Source: Adineta vaga (Eukaryota; Animalia; Rotifera). From it: a DNA stretch of 64,000 nt. The DNA lies in assembly GCA_021613535.1 (NCBI GenBank), contig CP075497.1, positions 13,020,001-13,084,000 of the forward strand, read 5' to 3'. Made by a program: the position numbers and the translations under genes. How positions within the stretch are numbered: the first letter of the stretch is position 1; each line of letters begins with the position of its first letter. Positions 25,154 to 37,772 of this stretch are shown in pieces. The notes under the pieces were generated by a model that worked only from the letters and a program-made list of their open reading frames with translations, ran no database searches and had not been told where the DNA came from.

Positions 25154-27410
25154 TTAGATGTTTAATTTCGTTTTAACACTGATCAAATTTTGCTGAAGTT
25201 CAACGCGATGAGAATGTGTACGTGGCAGAGAAATACGGTAAATCTGATCGGCTTTGAGATAGTTCTCAAGAGCTAGCTTTAGTTCGTTTGTACTTTCATA
25301 AACTAAGCCAAGATTATGATAACCAATACCTAAAGTACCGTGAGTAGCTGGTAGAGAAATGAGCTTCTTCGCTAAACTTTTTTCAAAATAGTTTAATGCA
25401 TCACTATACGCTTTTAATTTATAGTGAGTGAATCCAATATTTGACAAGGTATTTGCAATCTCAGGATGGTTCGGTGGAAGATGTTTCTCCTGTATTTGGA
25501 GTGCATCGTTGTACTGCATTAATGCATCACTGTATTTTTCTTGACCATCGTACGCACAGCCCATATTAAGATATGTTGATGCGACTCTGATGCTGTCACT
25601 ACCATAAATTTTCTTTTCGATCTTCAGACATTTTTCATTGTATTCTGAGGCATTTTCAAAATCATTTTTTTCCACGTAGGCAATAGCAAGGTTATGATAA
25701 TTACTCGCTATTCTTTGATCATTTTCTGGCTGATTTAAATCAACTTTAAGTGCCATTTGATGATAATGAATAGCTAAATCGTAATCACCTCTCTCATGAG
25801 CCACATTTCCAAGACCTCGGTAACAACCACTAATTTCCATCGAGTTTTTGTTTTTCAGTTGATCGACTCGGTGTTGATAACATTTCTCTGACTTTTCATA
25901 TTCTCCCATTTGACATAAGAGCACACCAAGTGAAGTTAGAGTCGGAGTGAATTTTTGCATTTCAGTCCGAAGATAAGATGAAAGTTCCTTTAGATCAGAT
26001 GCATTTTCATCAGCCAAGGAAAGCTTCACTGTAGTAGATTGTTCAAAAACAACTTCTTCGATCTTAAAAATAATTCCTAACATGAATAGGACTTCTTTTT
26101 CTACCTGAAAATAACTTTGTGAAGATATGTCGGCAAAAGGTTTTGCACCTCGTAACGATGGATCTATTGTAATTTCTAAAAGTATTGGTTCTAATTCACT
26201 GTAGATTACACTAGTCGTTGATGAGAGTAAGGCAGTTGCATAATTTTGATCAAGTGTAGTTGATAGAAAACTGTTCATTGAAATATATTTCCCAACTGAT
26301 GATTTTATACGGTCTAATTCCTCCTTTGAAATGAGCTGGAATCGGTAAACTTTCGTTATAGATGTAGAAGTGGTATTTCCTTGCAAGTATTTCAGTTCAG
26401 CATGTAAGTCAGTAACAAAGGAACGAAAAGCAATAAGAGTATCAAAATCTTTGCAGCGTAATGCTTTGTTCAACATTCGATAAAAACAGCTTTCTCTGGT
26501 GTACCAACTGAGAGCATTTCCTGTCCTACAATTTTGCTGAAATTCCTCGATAAGTTGCAACTGCTGGATATTTCCAGCTTGTGCCTTCCGACAAAGTTCT
26601 AGCAAATCGTGTCGATCAGAATTTGTATGATTCATTTGAACGATTATTTCAATGAGTAACTGAAACCACATAAATTCTGCATTCAGATTCGAAGAGGACT
26701 CTTCACCTGTCACCGAAGAAGTGGATGAATTATACACAGTTATTGGTAGAGCTGAGATATCTTCTAAATGGTCCAGTTCTCTTTGATAAGATTTGACAGT
26801 ATCCACGAGAATTTTCGTCTCTTCAGCGAGCAAATAAATCTGAACAAAATTAAAATAAACGTTTAGTAGCTCTAATCAATAGTTTTAAGAATATCTTATT
26901 TTTCTCTACCTTTCCAAACTTTTTTGACCAATCCTTAGCCGTAGTTAAGTTAGTGCCGAATACATAAATTGCAACTAACTGTGAATAATCGTGAATTTTA
27001 AGTAAAACTTCTTCGCTTAGTTGACCAGAAATAATGAGAATGACTTTCTCCATATCTCTTTTACACCGATAATCGAGCCAGATTAGAAATAGTTCAACGC
27101 TATCGAACACTCGAATATAGTCGAACACTTCTCGAAGTTTGTCTTGGATTTCTATATTATTTTGTGCTTTCTTGCTATCAACATCTAGCCATATAAGAGC
27201 AAATGATTCATAGTTTTTATCGTTGACATCTATTGCTGCAGAAATAGTTCCAGATTTGATTTGCACTGGAACGTTATCAGACGTTGACGTGGCCATTGAT
27301 GAACAAATATTAGTAACTGAAGCATGGTTTACCGTCAAACTCTTCATTATCGAAGGTTCTTTAGAGAGCAACTCCTTCTCAAAGCTTGAAGATTTGTGTT
27401 TGTTCGACAT
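25154..27410 (-). CDS. Receiver-like domain + ADP-ribosyltransferase + TPR repeats, 2 exons
   Basis: Intron 26909-26840; LIWLD domain, VYRFQ, FLSTT, QVEKEVLF, TPRs. Confidence 0.88.
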
Positions 27411-27904
27411 CACTTGAACTTGAGATCAAATCGATTACGAATCGTTGGGCGTTTTACTGAAATTAAAAAATTGTTATTCTCACTATGTCAAAACATGATT
27501 AAGATCCCTGTCCCCGTGGAAAAAAACAGCTTTCAGGAGAAGTTGACCTTTTCAAATAATTATAAAATAATAATGCCCCAAGCGCCTACTCCGAAAATTC
27601 ACGATAATCACTTTCAATTCCAAGAACACCCTCAGCGTCAGAATATACTATGGATTCTCTAGAGCTCCTCAATTATAATGTTAATATTAAAAAAATATTT
27701 ACGCATTTTTCTTGAAACTAATTTTGCCGATATTCTAGGACTCTGAACAAATTTTTTTCAAAAAAGAGTTCGTTCTAAGAAAAGACGATCTTTTATTTGG
27801 CACTTAATATCATAGAAATCGTAGGCTTTAAAAAAAACTTCTCTATACTTTTCATTACTCGAAAGTTTTGGGATTGACCAAAATGAATATCTATATCGTT
27901 CTAT

Positions 27905-28177
27905 TCACGTTAGATTGTTCGTCGATGAACGTTGAATTTTTTCGCCACTGCTCTTAACGAAATTACAATTCGAGTGATTCACCAGTCGTTTTAGACGTAT
28001 TCGCTGACTACTCGAAATTCTTCTTGGACTACCACTTCTCGGTTTATCACCAATGATACTATAGATAGTTTCAAGTATAATATTTTCAGTCAAGAAGTGA
28101 TTTACAGAAGGAAAAAGTGGCGGAAGTATATATGTAAAAAATGAACGAACATGTTTGTACGAAGACTTTAGCGCCAT
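27905..28177 (-). mobile_element. Decayed Tc1/mariner-type transposase N-terminal (HTH) fragment
   Basis: VNHFLTENI..TIYSII, KPRSGSPRRI, LKRLVNH; no DDE domain. Confidence 0.55.
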
Positions 28178-29115
28178 AGGTTATGTATCTTCACGCATTT
28201 TGGATCTACTATGCCATAGATTGATTTCTGAGGGGGCCTTATAATACACATTTCGTTTTATGTTGGTTTTTTCCCTGTTCTAACACGATAACATAGGCCT
28301 CTCCTTCGATCAGAAAAAGATTAATACTAATAAACACATTCCTCTTCTTTCTATATTGCATATGAGATACCTTAATATGCCGTTCTTTATTTTTTTGTTC
28401 TGATAAAAATACCATTCCTTAGTAATATAATTCTTTTTTTCTCTCCCACTGCTTCAACTATATATGTCTCTTTTTATTTTTGTTTCTATAATAATATATG
28501 TCAAAGATACTCTTATGATAGTCTGTTCTTCGGCAGTAACAAACAGTATTTCAGCATGCACATCACGTTCTCTTTTTCGTTTCTTCTAGAGAATCAGCAG
28601 ATAAAATTGTGATTGTGATATTTTTTTAGCGATTTGGAGTGTGGAACATAGCTAACATAATTATAGTTTAACATTAGTTAAGAGGATCCATGGATATCTT
28701 CGACTTTCGTGATTAAAAATCAACAAAAATCCTAGAATATAACCGTTGCAAAATGATCTGTATAACGAAGACATAAACCATTTTGCTAATCTTAGCTCTT
28801 GCTTTGTCATCTCTAAATAAGTTCAAATACAGTAGATAATGTGTTTTTAATTTAAAACAAATGCAAAGTTATTGCTTTCCGACACGTTTTGTATATTTAT
28901 TTGAAAATGAAAAACACTAATCAGGACTATATATAAAAAAGACAAAGAAAAGCTCGGGTAACGAAAAATATAAGATGATAAGTGTTCTGATGATGCGAGT
29001 CAAAGATGCAACTAAGACTATAACATTAACCGTGTGATAGACCTTTGTTGAAAGGCTTAAAAGTTGATGAGAAAATGATCGAAAATAAAGTAAAGACATC
29101 TAACAGATTAACAAA

Positions 29116-29176
29116 GGGTGAGGGTGAATGAGAGTCTTCTTATAATTTATACTTCCGTCCTTACCCACAGCATCAA
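29116..29176. repeat. Degenerate telomere-repeat hairpin
   Basis: GGGTGAGGGTGA...TTACCCACAGCATCAA. Confidence 0.45.
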
Positions 29177-29810
29177 TTTTGAATTTTGTTGTAATCAATC
29201 ATATCAATGACTCCATCAATCTCTTATTATACATGAATTTGTCTATCATGATGTGTTTTTGTATCAAATATCAAAAAATGAAACATTTGTTGCTAATCTA
29301 TTTTCGGCTATGTTCTTTATTCTTGGCGCTGTTCGACAAGGATAAAAAGCACAACTTAACAAGAATGTAAAATCAGATATTCGTTAACAAGTCGCTGAAC
29401 ATGAACAGTTGATTATTAGTCCGACATCGACAGATTTACTTTTGTATGATCAATACCTCGTTTGATCATTTCATTACTGTCAGAATGTATCAATGCCTCA
29501 CAAAATGTATGGATTTATACATGAAAACATTCAATGAATCTATTACTAAACGACGACGACAACGACAACGAACCTATCAATAATCCATATTGTTATTTGC
29601 TAAAATAACTGTATATTGACATAAGAGTAACTTTAATCTCAAAGTTTTGTTATCTCTTCAACTAATATCATACAATCTAATATAAACTTTTCAAATAAAA
29701 TATCCATTTATTTTAATTATCATTGTCGCTCTTGTTAAGAATTAGATGATGGTAATACTTTCAAATCTCACTCTTATCCACAACTTTTATTGAGTTGAAA
29801 AAATTTCCAT

Positions 29811-30949
29811 TTAAAAATTATCATTTTTATACAATTCAGGTTTTCGAGCAAAAAAAAAGAATAACGACGTAAATATATCAAGTTTACGAGCACGTAAGAA
29901 ACTTGTAACTGATTTTTGACACATTCCACTTATTGATGTACTACCTTTAGGAGCTAAATGAATCTTTTCTGTGACCCAAATCATATAATGTCCTAGCCGT
30001 CGAGCAAGAGGACCTGTACGATGACGATTGATTGAAAAGAACGATTTATTCTTATCAAATGGTTGATAATCAGGAATATCACCTTCAGGTATTATTCGAT
30101 TTTCTTCAACAGTAAATCCAACGGTTTCAAGATCTACAACGAATTCAGCAGTTGATTTTAATTCTGGTAAAGCAAAGTTTGCTTCCATTGAACGTCTTAA
30201 TTCGACATGTTCAGGATTTTGATGATCATATTTATCAGTTAAACAAGCATCATAACCAACAAATGAACCACCTGGTTTAAGTACACGAAAAACTTCAGTA
30301 AAACATTTCGACTAAATAATTGTAGAGAGAAAAGAAAATATTTTTGTTTTTTGAAAGAATAAAAACAATAATACATACCTTGTCTGGTGCATGACATACA
30401 GATTCAATAGCATAAACATAATCAAAACTATTGTCTTCAAATGGTAAGTTCATGAAATCACCATGAATAAATTCACAATTGTCCGGTACACCTGAAATAA
30501 AGTTCGAATTCATACTGAAGATTTGTTTGTAAAAAAAATGAATAGAATAATTTCTTACCGATTTCTCGTGCTCGTTGAACTTGATATTGACTAATCGTTA
30601 TACCAGTAATGTGTGCTCCGGTTAACCGTGCAATACGTCTTAATGGTCCTCCAACACCACAACCAATATCAAGTACTTTATCTCCTGGTTTAAGTTGCAT
30701 TCTTAATCCTAAATAAGATTCATGTCGTTGAATTGATTCTGCAAATGTTTCACCACGAAATCGATTAGCACAATGAAAACTTCCACCCCAAGTTAATTCA
30801 TATAAATCTGTTGTTAAACTATAATAATTTGATACTAATGTTGAATATTGATCTTTTCGTGTATTAATATCTTGATGTATTTCATTGAAAGATGAAATAT
30901 CTTGTTTAATAGCATTCTTGGGACGTCGTAGTATCTTTTTTTCCGTCAT
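29811..30949 (-). CDS. SMT1: Sterol 24-C-methyltransferase (SMT/ERG6 family), 3 exons
   Basis: [10 protein letters not shown] (region I), [30 protein letters not shown]; introns 30558-30492 and 30378-30312. Confidence 0.92.
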
Positions 30950-31919
30950 AATTTTTCTTCAGTAACACAAACGAACAATTATTTTTCAATTAAAAACGTA
31001 TGAATATGTGATGTTTAGATATGATCATGAAACAACAAATAAATACAGAAAAATATGAATTGATATGCATCAATAAAATTTCTTTTCTTTCTGTTTGCTT
31101 TTTCTCCTCATACGTCATGTATATCAATAACATTGACGTGATGTATTGTTCTGTATTAGTCATAAAAATCACCGTATACTTTGTATTCATTTAGTTATTT
31201 ATAATTGCGAGAAAAAAGAAATAATATGCACTAGAAAACATGTCTTCTATATTTCAGAGCATGGATGAGAATAATCATCGTTCAATTAAAAAATGTTGTC
31301 ATCCGTGTCAATATGTATGCAGATAGAGCGTCACTTTGTGTTCGTAATAATATGTCCGTGACATTCTATCCTATAGTGTCAAAAAAGATGCGCCATGTTT
31401 CGAAATATAAACTGGTTTATTCATGAGCATAAACTCAAAGAACAATGTGGGTAAATATCATTTACAAATCTATGTAGATGGTAATTTTCACACTGATAAA
31501 CAAGTCAGATAAAAAAAAGTGTCTTTGTACTATAATAACAATATAGTATGTTACGTTGTAGATAAGAAGTTTTGTGGTTTTTTTTAAAAAGAAAAGTACA
31601 AAAGATAGTCCGTTACTTTATTTAACTGTTATTTCTATAGTGAAATATTGTAAATATGCGCGTAAGTCGTCAATTAAAAACTTATGAATCGGTTAAATCC
31701 TTCGTTCCAAAAACGACTTGGTTGCGAACGGCAAGAGATGTGAAAGAGGCTTCTTCCAATTTACAGAATATGTTAATCTTTATTACAAAGAAATTATTTT
31801 CTTTTTCATAAAATATCTTTATTTTAGGAAAGCATCTACAAGAACATCTCAATATTACGGGACTGGAAGAAAACGTTGGCGAGATGAGTAAGTTTCAGAT
31901 TTATTAGTTTGTATCAAGT

Positions 31920-34900
31920 GTGATTCCAGATAAAAATGGAAGTCTGAGATATTCATGTAATCATCTATCTTCTTCATTTAGTTCGCCATCAACAGTCGTA
32001 CCGGGTTCAACACCAAGTCGTACTCCATTTGAATTATTTAAAAAAATCGATCAAATAGATAGGTCTGAGAAAGAAAAAGATGATATGATTTCGATGCAAA
32101 TTATGGTAATCTCACCAATTATTCTTCAATCGATCAAAGTGAAAACTATTTCTTGTCAAGCAACACTTACTTTTCAACAGTTAGTAAGACAACAACTCTA
32201 TCCAGATATTGAAGACGAGATGCAGTGCGACTATATCGTAACTATTCTTGTTGGTAACACAATTGTAACAGATTTTGATCAACAGCTTGGTAATACTGCA
32301 GCCATCGAAGATGATATAGTAGTTTACATTCTTTTCATGCCTCTCTATGAAATACAATGTACAAATATCCCTAAAATAGTTCTTAAGCCCTACTTTAACA
32401 GTTTAACACGATATGGTCGTCAAGCCATCAACTTTTTTGTACATTATCAGTGTCCAATCAACAGCAGTAGTAATAGAAATGAAAGAATAGAAACAGTATG
32501 GGAAGAAACCACTCGTTATTGGGAACAAATACCTTTTTCATATCGGTTAGAAAAAATTCCAAAAAGAATCAATAGAAAAACGAATAATAAATGTTATTTA
32601 TATCATAATGGGAATAGAATTTCACTTCAAAATAAGAAAAATAAATTACCTCAAACGATCAACGAAGAATTCAACAAGTTCGGAGGATGTGATCTACTTC
32701 TATTCGATGTTGTTCGGTAAGAACTAAGAATGTAGAGAATACATCTCAGTTACAAACTTTTTGCAATTTTTAGCGATGGTGAAATACAAGATATTCATGC
32801 GACAACTGCATGTACTCACGATAGTCGATATGATTACACAGCGTTTCTTCAATTAATTCGTCTTCGACTCGAAACGATCATCTGGGCAGCAAGTTCCGAG
32901 AAGATTTTTTCTCGATTCATAGACTTTTGCGATAAAGACAAACTCGGTGAATTAAATACTCGTGAGTCACGTACCGCTATACTTACCATTATTCGACTGT
33001 TGCGAGACGAAGACATTCAGCAAATAACGCATGATACAGTGTTCGATATCAGAACCGATTGGGATGATCATGAACCAACGAAATGTGCTCAGTACCTTCT
33101 ACCTATTCCTGAAAATGCTGTTTCCGTCGATATTCATGTCTTTCGTGCCATGCTCGTCGATGCCCTTGTTCATTACATAAAGGTATTGTATATCATTTCG
33201 TAGATAAATCTATAAAAACAATTATAAGAATTTTCATTCTCTTTAGATAACTACGCTCAAGTTCATTCGACGACATGATGAAACAAATATGACATTGCCT
33301 ATGGGAAATATTTGGCTTGAATGTGTCGAACCTTTCCTAGCAAAGATTAAAACAACTATCACTGATAAACTAGTGGAGCTGAATCGAAAAATGAAGATTC
33401 TTTCTACATCAGAACATATTGTTAAGTTTACGAAGAATTATATGATAGAAATGCTCATTCTTCCAGTCACTGTGTACAAAATGGTCTATGGATATTTAAG
33501 AAAGAAGAGGAATCAATCACAATCAATTGCAATTTCTGTACTTATTTCGTTTCTAATGACAGTATGGATATTGATTACTTTAATGAATGTTGTTCTCTAT
33601 TATCATCATTCGAAACAACTTAAGGATAATGAAGGAAATGAAGTCATGACAATTGAGGTATATTTTCCTTTAATGTTACTGATCTATACGATTCTACTTG
33701 ATTATGTGGCTCGAATGTTTCAATCAGTTGCAAATACGCGTAAAAAACTTCTTTCAGTAGGAAATTCTTATCGTGCAGCTGTATATGATCTTATACGTTA
33801 TCAAGCGCGTCCAATTATTATTAATCGTTTACCAAATGAAGACGAGAATGTAACTTTTACTGTTAATCTAGATCCAAACTTAGAACGAGAGAATATTTCA
33901 ATATCGAAATCAACTCGCTTTCGAAAACTATTTCGAATAGAAGTAGATCGTCGAAATATAATTGTCGGACTTATAATTTTTCTTCTAGCCTCTATTCATG
34001 CTTGTACACCACTTATTGCACGTGAAATTGTTAAAAAGAAAGATATTGATAAAAGGAATCCATATCCATGGTATGCACAATTCATTGTCAACTCTTATTA
34101 CATTATTGGTTTTGTACCGTTCCTATTTTTCCTGATAATGATGTTCAGAGCATTCGAATGCTTTAGAAACTTATATAACAAATGTTATCAAACATTGAGC
34201 AGTGGCTATATAGAGGAACGTCAAATTAAACAAAGCGAAACTTATATGGAATATTTAAATATTAAGAAACCATACAATCTTGAATATTTTCTTACAAAAT
34301 TAAAACGAATTTTAGATCGTAGTAAAACAACTCGTATGCATATTCATTTATTTACAGTTACTTTTGGATTTACAATTTGTATGATATTCGTACTTATCTC
34401 GGTCATTCAAGTATTCAGTGGTATTCCTTTACGTGAATTTCAACGAGATCCACAATCTATTGTTATACTAGTCGATTTGATAATCATGGCATTACCAGTC
34501 ATTGCTATTCTTGTTGTTGTTGCTAACACTAATCACATATCAATGAAAAGACTCTTTCAATTACTACGACGTACACATGTTGAGACAGTTCGCGACGAGG
34601 AATTATACATGGAAGGTGATAACGATGGTAGTGATACCTTTGGAGAAGTATTAGCCAATACTGGAAATGCTTTGAATTTTTTACAAAGTACAGCATCATA
34701 TGTTAGAGACGTTTTTGAAATATATCAAATTCGACTTTATGGTGTATTTGTCGTAGACCGATCTCTTGTGATGAAAATTATATTTCTGGCACTCTCCGTT
34801 GCTGGTTCGAAAGCATTCAAGTTACTTCAAGAAAAATTTGTCATAGAACCAAGCAGTGTGGATGAGGATATCTTTTCTTTTATCAAGAATCTTCAACATC

Positions 34901-34923
34901 CATGTCTGCATCTTAAAGAATAA
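31920..34923 (+). CDS. Large multi-pass membrane protein with soluble N-terminal region (5' exons uncertain)
   Basis: Introns at about 32717-32773 and 33183-33246 join the ORFs in frame. About 7 hydrophobic helices; C-terminal IRLYGVFVVDRSLV. Confidence 0.7.
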
Positions 34924-35030
34924 AAAATCAGGATAGTTGACGCTATTTTTCATGTGTTCTTTTAATTATAAAATCAATTTAAAATAAAATTGTGATCTTT
35001 ATCTATAAGTTTGATCAATACTATATGTGA

Positions 35031-35206
35031 TTGAGAGTGTGGATGTGATCACTTCTCTCTCTCACCCACACCCTTCTACCATTTAACCTTCTGAATATCA
35101 AGAACATTTTTTCGTTCTGTTGAATACAGAAAAAAAAAAAGATGGTGAATCATTTTCTCGAGCGAGGGTTAGGGTGTCTTTCTTTTATCCTTACCCACAC
35201 CCTCAA
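35031..35206. repeat. Two telomere-repeat hairpins (35031-35074, 35157-35206)
   Basis: TTGAGAGTGTGGATGTGA...TCACCCACACCCT; GAGGGTTAGGGTG...ACCCACACCCTCAA. Confidence 0.75.
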
Positions 35207-35355
35207 AAAATCTCAATTAAAAGTTTGAAAGACACAAATGAAATTCGATAGAATTTTTATTTGTTAAATAATTTGTCATATGTTAATAAAGGAATAGAAA
35301 CAGAAAAAAATAGACATGTATATGTATGAATGAATGTTAATCTAATTTCAATCTA

Positions 35356-35973
35356 TTAATATTGTGATTTAGGTCGATTCTTGAGATATTTAGCAATTTT
35401 TGGATGTTTTTCAACTTCTGCACGATTATGTTTTAACCATGAATGATTATCTAATACTTTTTCATCTACTCCAAGAATAGTTTCACCAAATGAATGGAAA
35501 AGTAAATCTGCCCATGTTAATTGATTATCCACAAAATATGCACCACCTTTTCCATATAATTTACCAAGAATTTCAAGATTTTGTAAATGTTTTGGTAATT
35601 GTTCAGCAAAGAATTTTTTTGTTAATTCTTGTTTTTTTGATTCATCTTGTTCTTGTACAATAGGTGAAAATGCTTTTAATATATCATAAATTGTATCAAC
35701 AACAGCATCGACTTTTGCTTGTTCAAAATCATCTTTACCGGCAAGATGAAATCTTTTAGCAAGAAAACGAGCAATTGCTGCTGATTGTGGTAGTTGAACA
35801 CCATCAACTTCCAGAACAGGCATTTGACCTAAAGGCATTTCACTTTTATGTGCTGGCCATTGATCTCGTTCATAACGAATATCTTCATATTTTTGTTCAG
35901 CAGCAGCAAAAATTAAACGCGATACTTCAGCAGCACCGCGTAGATTAAAATAATAAAGTTTGTATGTCGACAT
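35356..35973 (-). CDS. GST: Glutathione S-transferase, sigma class
   Basis: YKLYYFNLRGAAE, PLGQMPVLEVDG, QSAAIARFLA, LTWADL; intronless, 205 aa. Confidence 0.95.
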   Translation of the reverse strand: MSTYKLYYFNLRGAAEVSRLIFAAAEQKYEDIRYERDQWPAHKSEMPLGQMPVLEVDGVQLPQSAAIARFLAKRFHLAGKDDFEQAKVDAVVDTIYDILKAFSPIVQEQDESKKQELTKKFFAEQLPKHLQNLEILGKLYGKGGAYFVDNQLTWADLLFHSFGETILGVDEKVLDNHSWLKHNRAEVEKHPKIAKYLKNRPKSQY

Positions 35974-36951
35974 GAATAATATTTGAGAATAAATGTAACT
36001 TATTCAAGGCAAGGAATGATATTTATATGTGTGGAAAGAGAATCACACGATGCATATTTTTTGCTTTGTCACCATGATCACATCCTACATACAACACGTA
36101 TAAGAGAAAAAATAATGCAGACAAATGATGACACAGCATTTTTTTATTTATGTTATCAAAATATACTTTTGCAGGCATCAGAAAATTTAATAAATGAAGA
36201 ATCAGGAAAAAATAGTTGTAAAGCCAAAAGTATAGAACTTACCATCGGTGATTTATTATATTCTAAACGTCATCTAGGATATATTGAATCACCAATTAGA
36301 TAGTTATCAACAGTACCTATTCATAGAAAGATTTTGAACGTTACCGACGTTCTTATCGTTCGAACACGTCATTGATTCTTTTTTTTTATCATATCTCTCG
36401 ATATACATACATCTGATTTGAATAAAGGAGGAAAAGGTCGTCATCAACTACGACATCATTTAACGCTTATTATATTCACTTTCTATGAAATGAATAAATG
36501 ATAACATCATCAATCCTAACCTTCTAAGTCCAGACAATATAAATTTATATTCTTAGATCTTAGAAGATAAGTAAGAGAATATATTTCTAAATAATATTCT
36601 TATCGAATTGAAGTAAATATATAATTTATTCTTTCTTTATAAGTGTATAGACTATTTAATAACAAGCCATTACAAACGTACGTATAATTTGCATTTCTGT
36701 GGTTTAAATATGAATAAATTTTTGCATTCTATCATCTATCAAAAAGTTTTTATTTATATTATAAAAAATCTCTCGGTATTTCGTACAGGGAATAAATTAT
36801 CTCTTACTTAACTCAATACTTTACAGAAAAAAAACAATTTCAATAATGCTGACATCGTCATCATATTTGATATAAAAAAAAACTATAATAACGAGCAGAC
36901 TGAATATTTAAGAAAAGAAAAAAAAAGTAATTGAAGTTCTCTTTCATTTGA

Positions 36952-37772
36952 TCAAATAATTCTTTCAATAATAATTAAAATCATAAATATCATTAAACTT
37001 AAATTGATATTATTAATTTGACTCTTACTATATGATGTTCTTAATGCAGTACCACTACAATATCCAACAGTATTATCCACAAGTGTAAGATAAGAACTAT
37101 CTTGACTGAGTATGACACGAAGTGTTTGTCCATACCATGTAAATCCTAATGCAAAATTAGTTGGCATTGTTACAGCATAAGAAACGACATTTGATGAACC
37201 AACACATCGACCTGAAAGAGTTCCATTTAATTGTAATAAACTGGAACTTGTTGTTGTTAATAAGATTTGATTTGTAAAACAACAACATGTACTTGTATCA
37301 CATGAACTATCAATTTGATATGTTCCAACCCAATTTGGTGTCGAAGAAGTTTCACCTCGAACTAGAAAAGGATTTTTGTTTTCAATGAAAATATGTTAGA
37401 TAATATTTATATTTACCGAATGGAGGTGTTGGTCGTTTAATCAGACCAAGTGGGATTGCAACTGCAGCAGCAATAATTATACCAATTGTCAAACCAAGAA
37501 GAAGACCAAGGACACATGCTTTCGAACAACAAGTACGAGATTTACTAAAATATTCGAATAATATATAAGAAAAATCCTTGAGAATTTTATATTTACGGTG
37601 GAGGAGTTGATTGTTTGTTATTATATCTTCGTTCGTGTTGTGGATAATCTTCATTGTATGGCCTTGGTCTTAAAGATGAAACTCGTAATTCTTCGGGATC
37701 CATATCGTTTATTTCATAATTATTTCTTCTAGGTGGATCATTACGAATGATATAACGAGTTGATGAAGTCAT
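36952..37772 (-). CDS. Small membrane protein: cytosolic N-tail, TM helix, Cys-rich ectodomain, hydrophobic C-tail, 3 exons
   Basis: Spliced reading MTSSTRY...ACVLGLLLGLTIGIIIAAAVAIPLGL...WVGTYQIDSSCDTSTCCCF...NLSLMIFMILIIIERII*. Confidence 0.7.
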
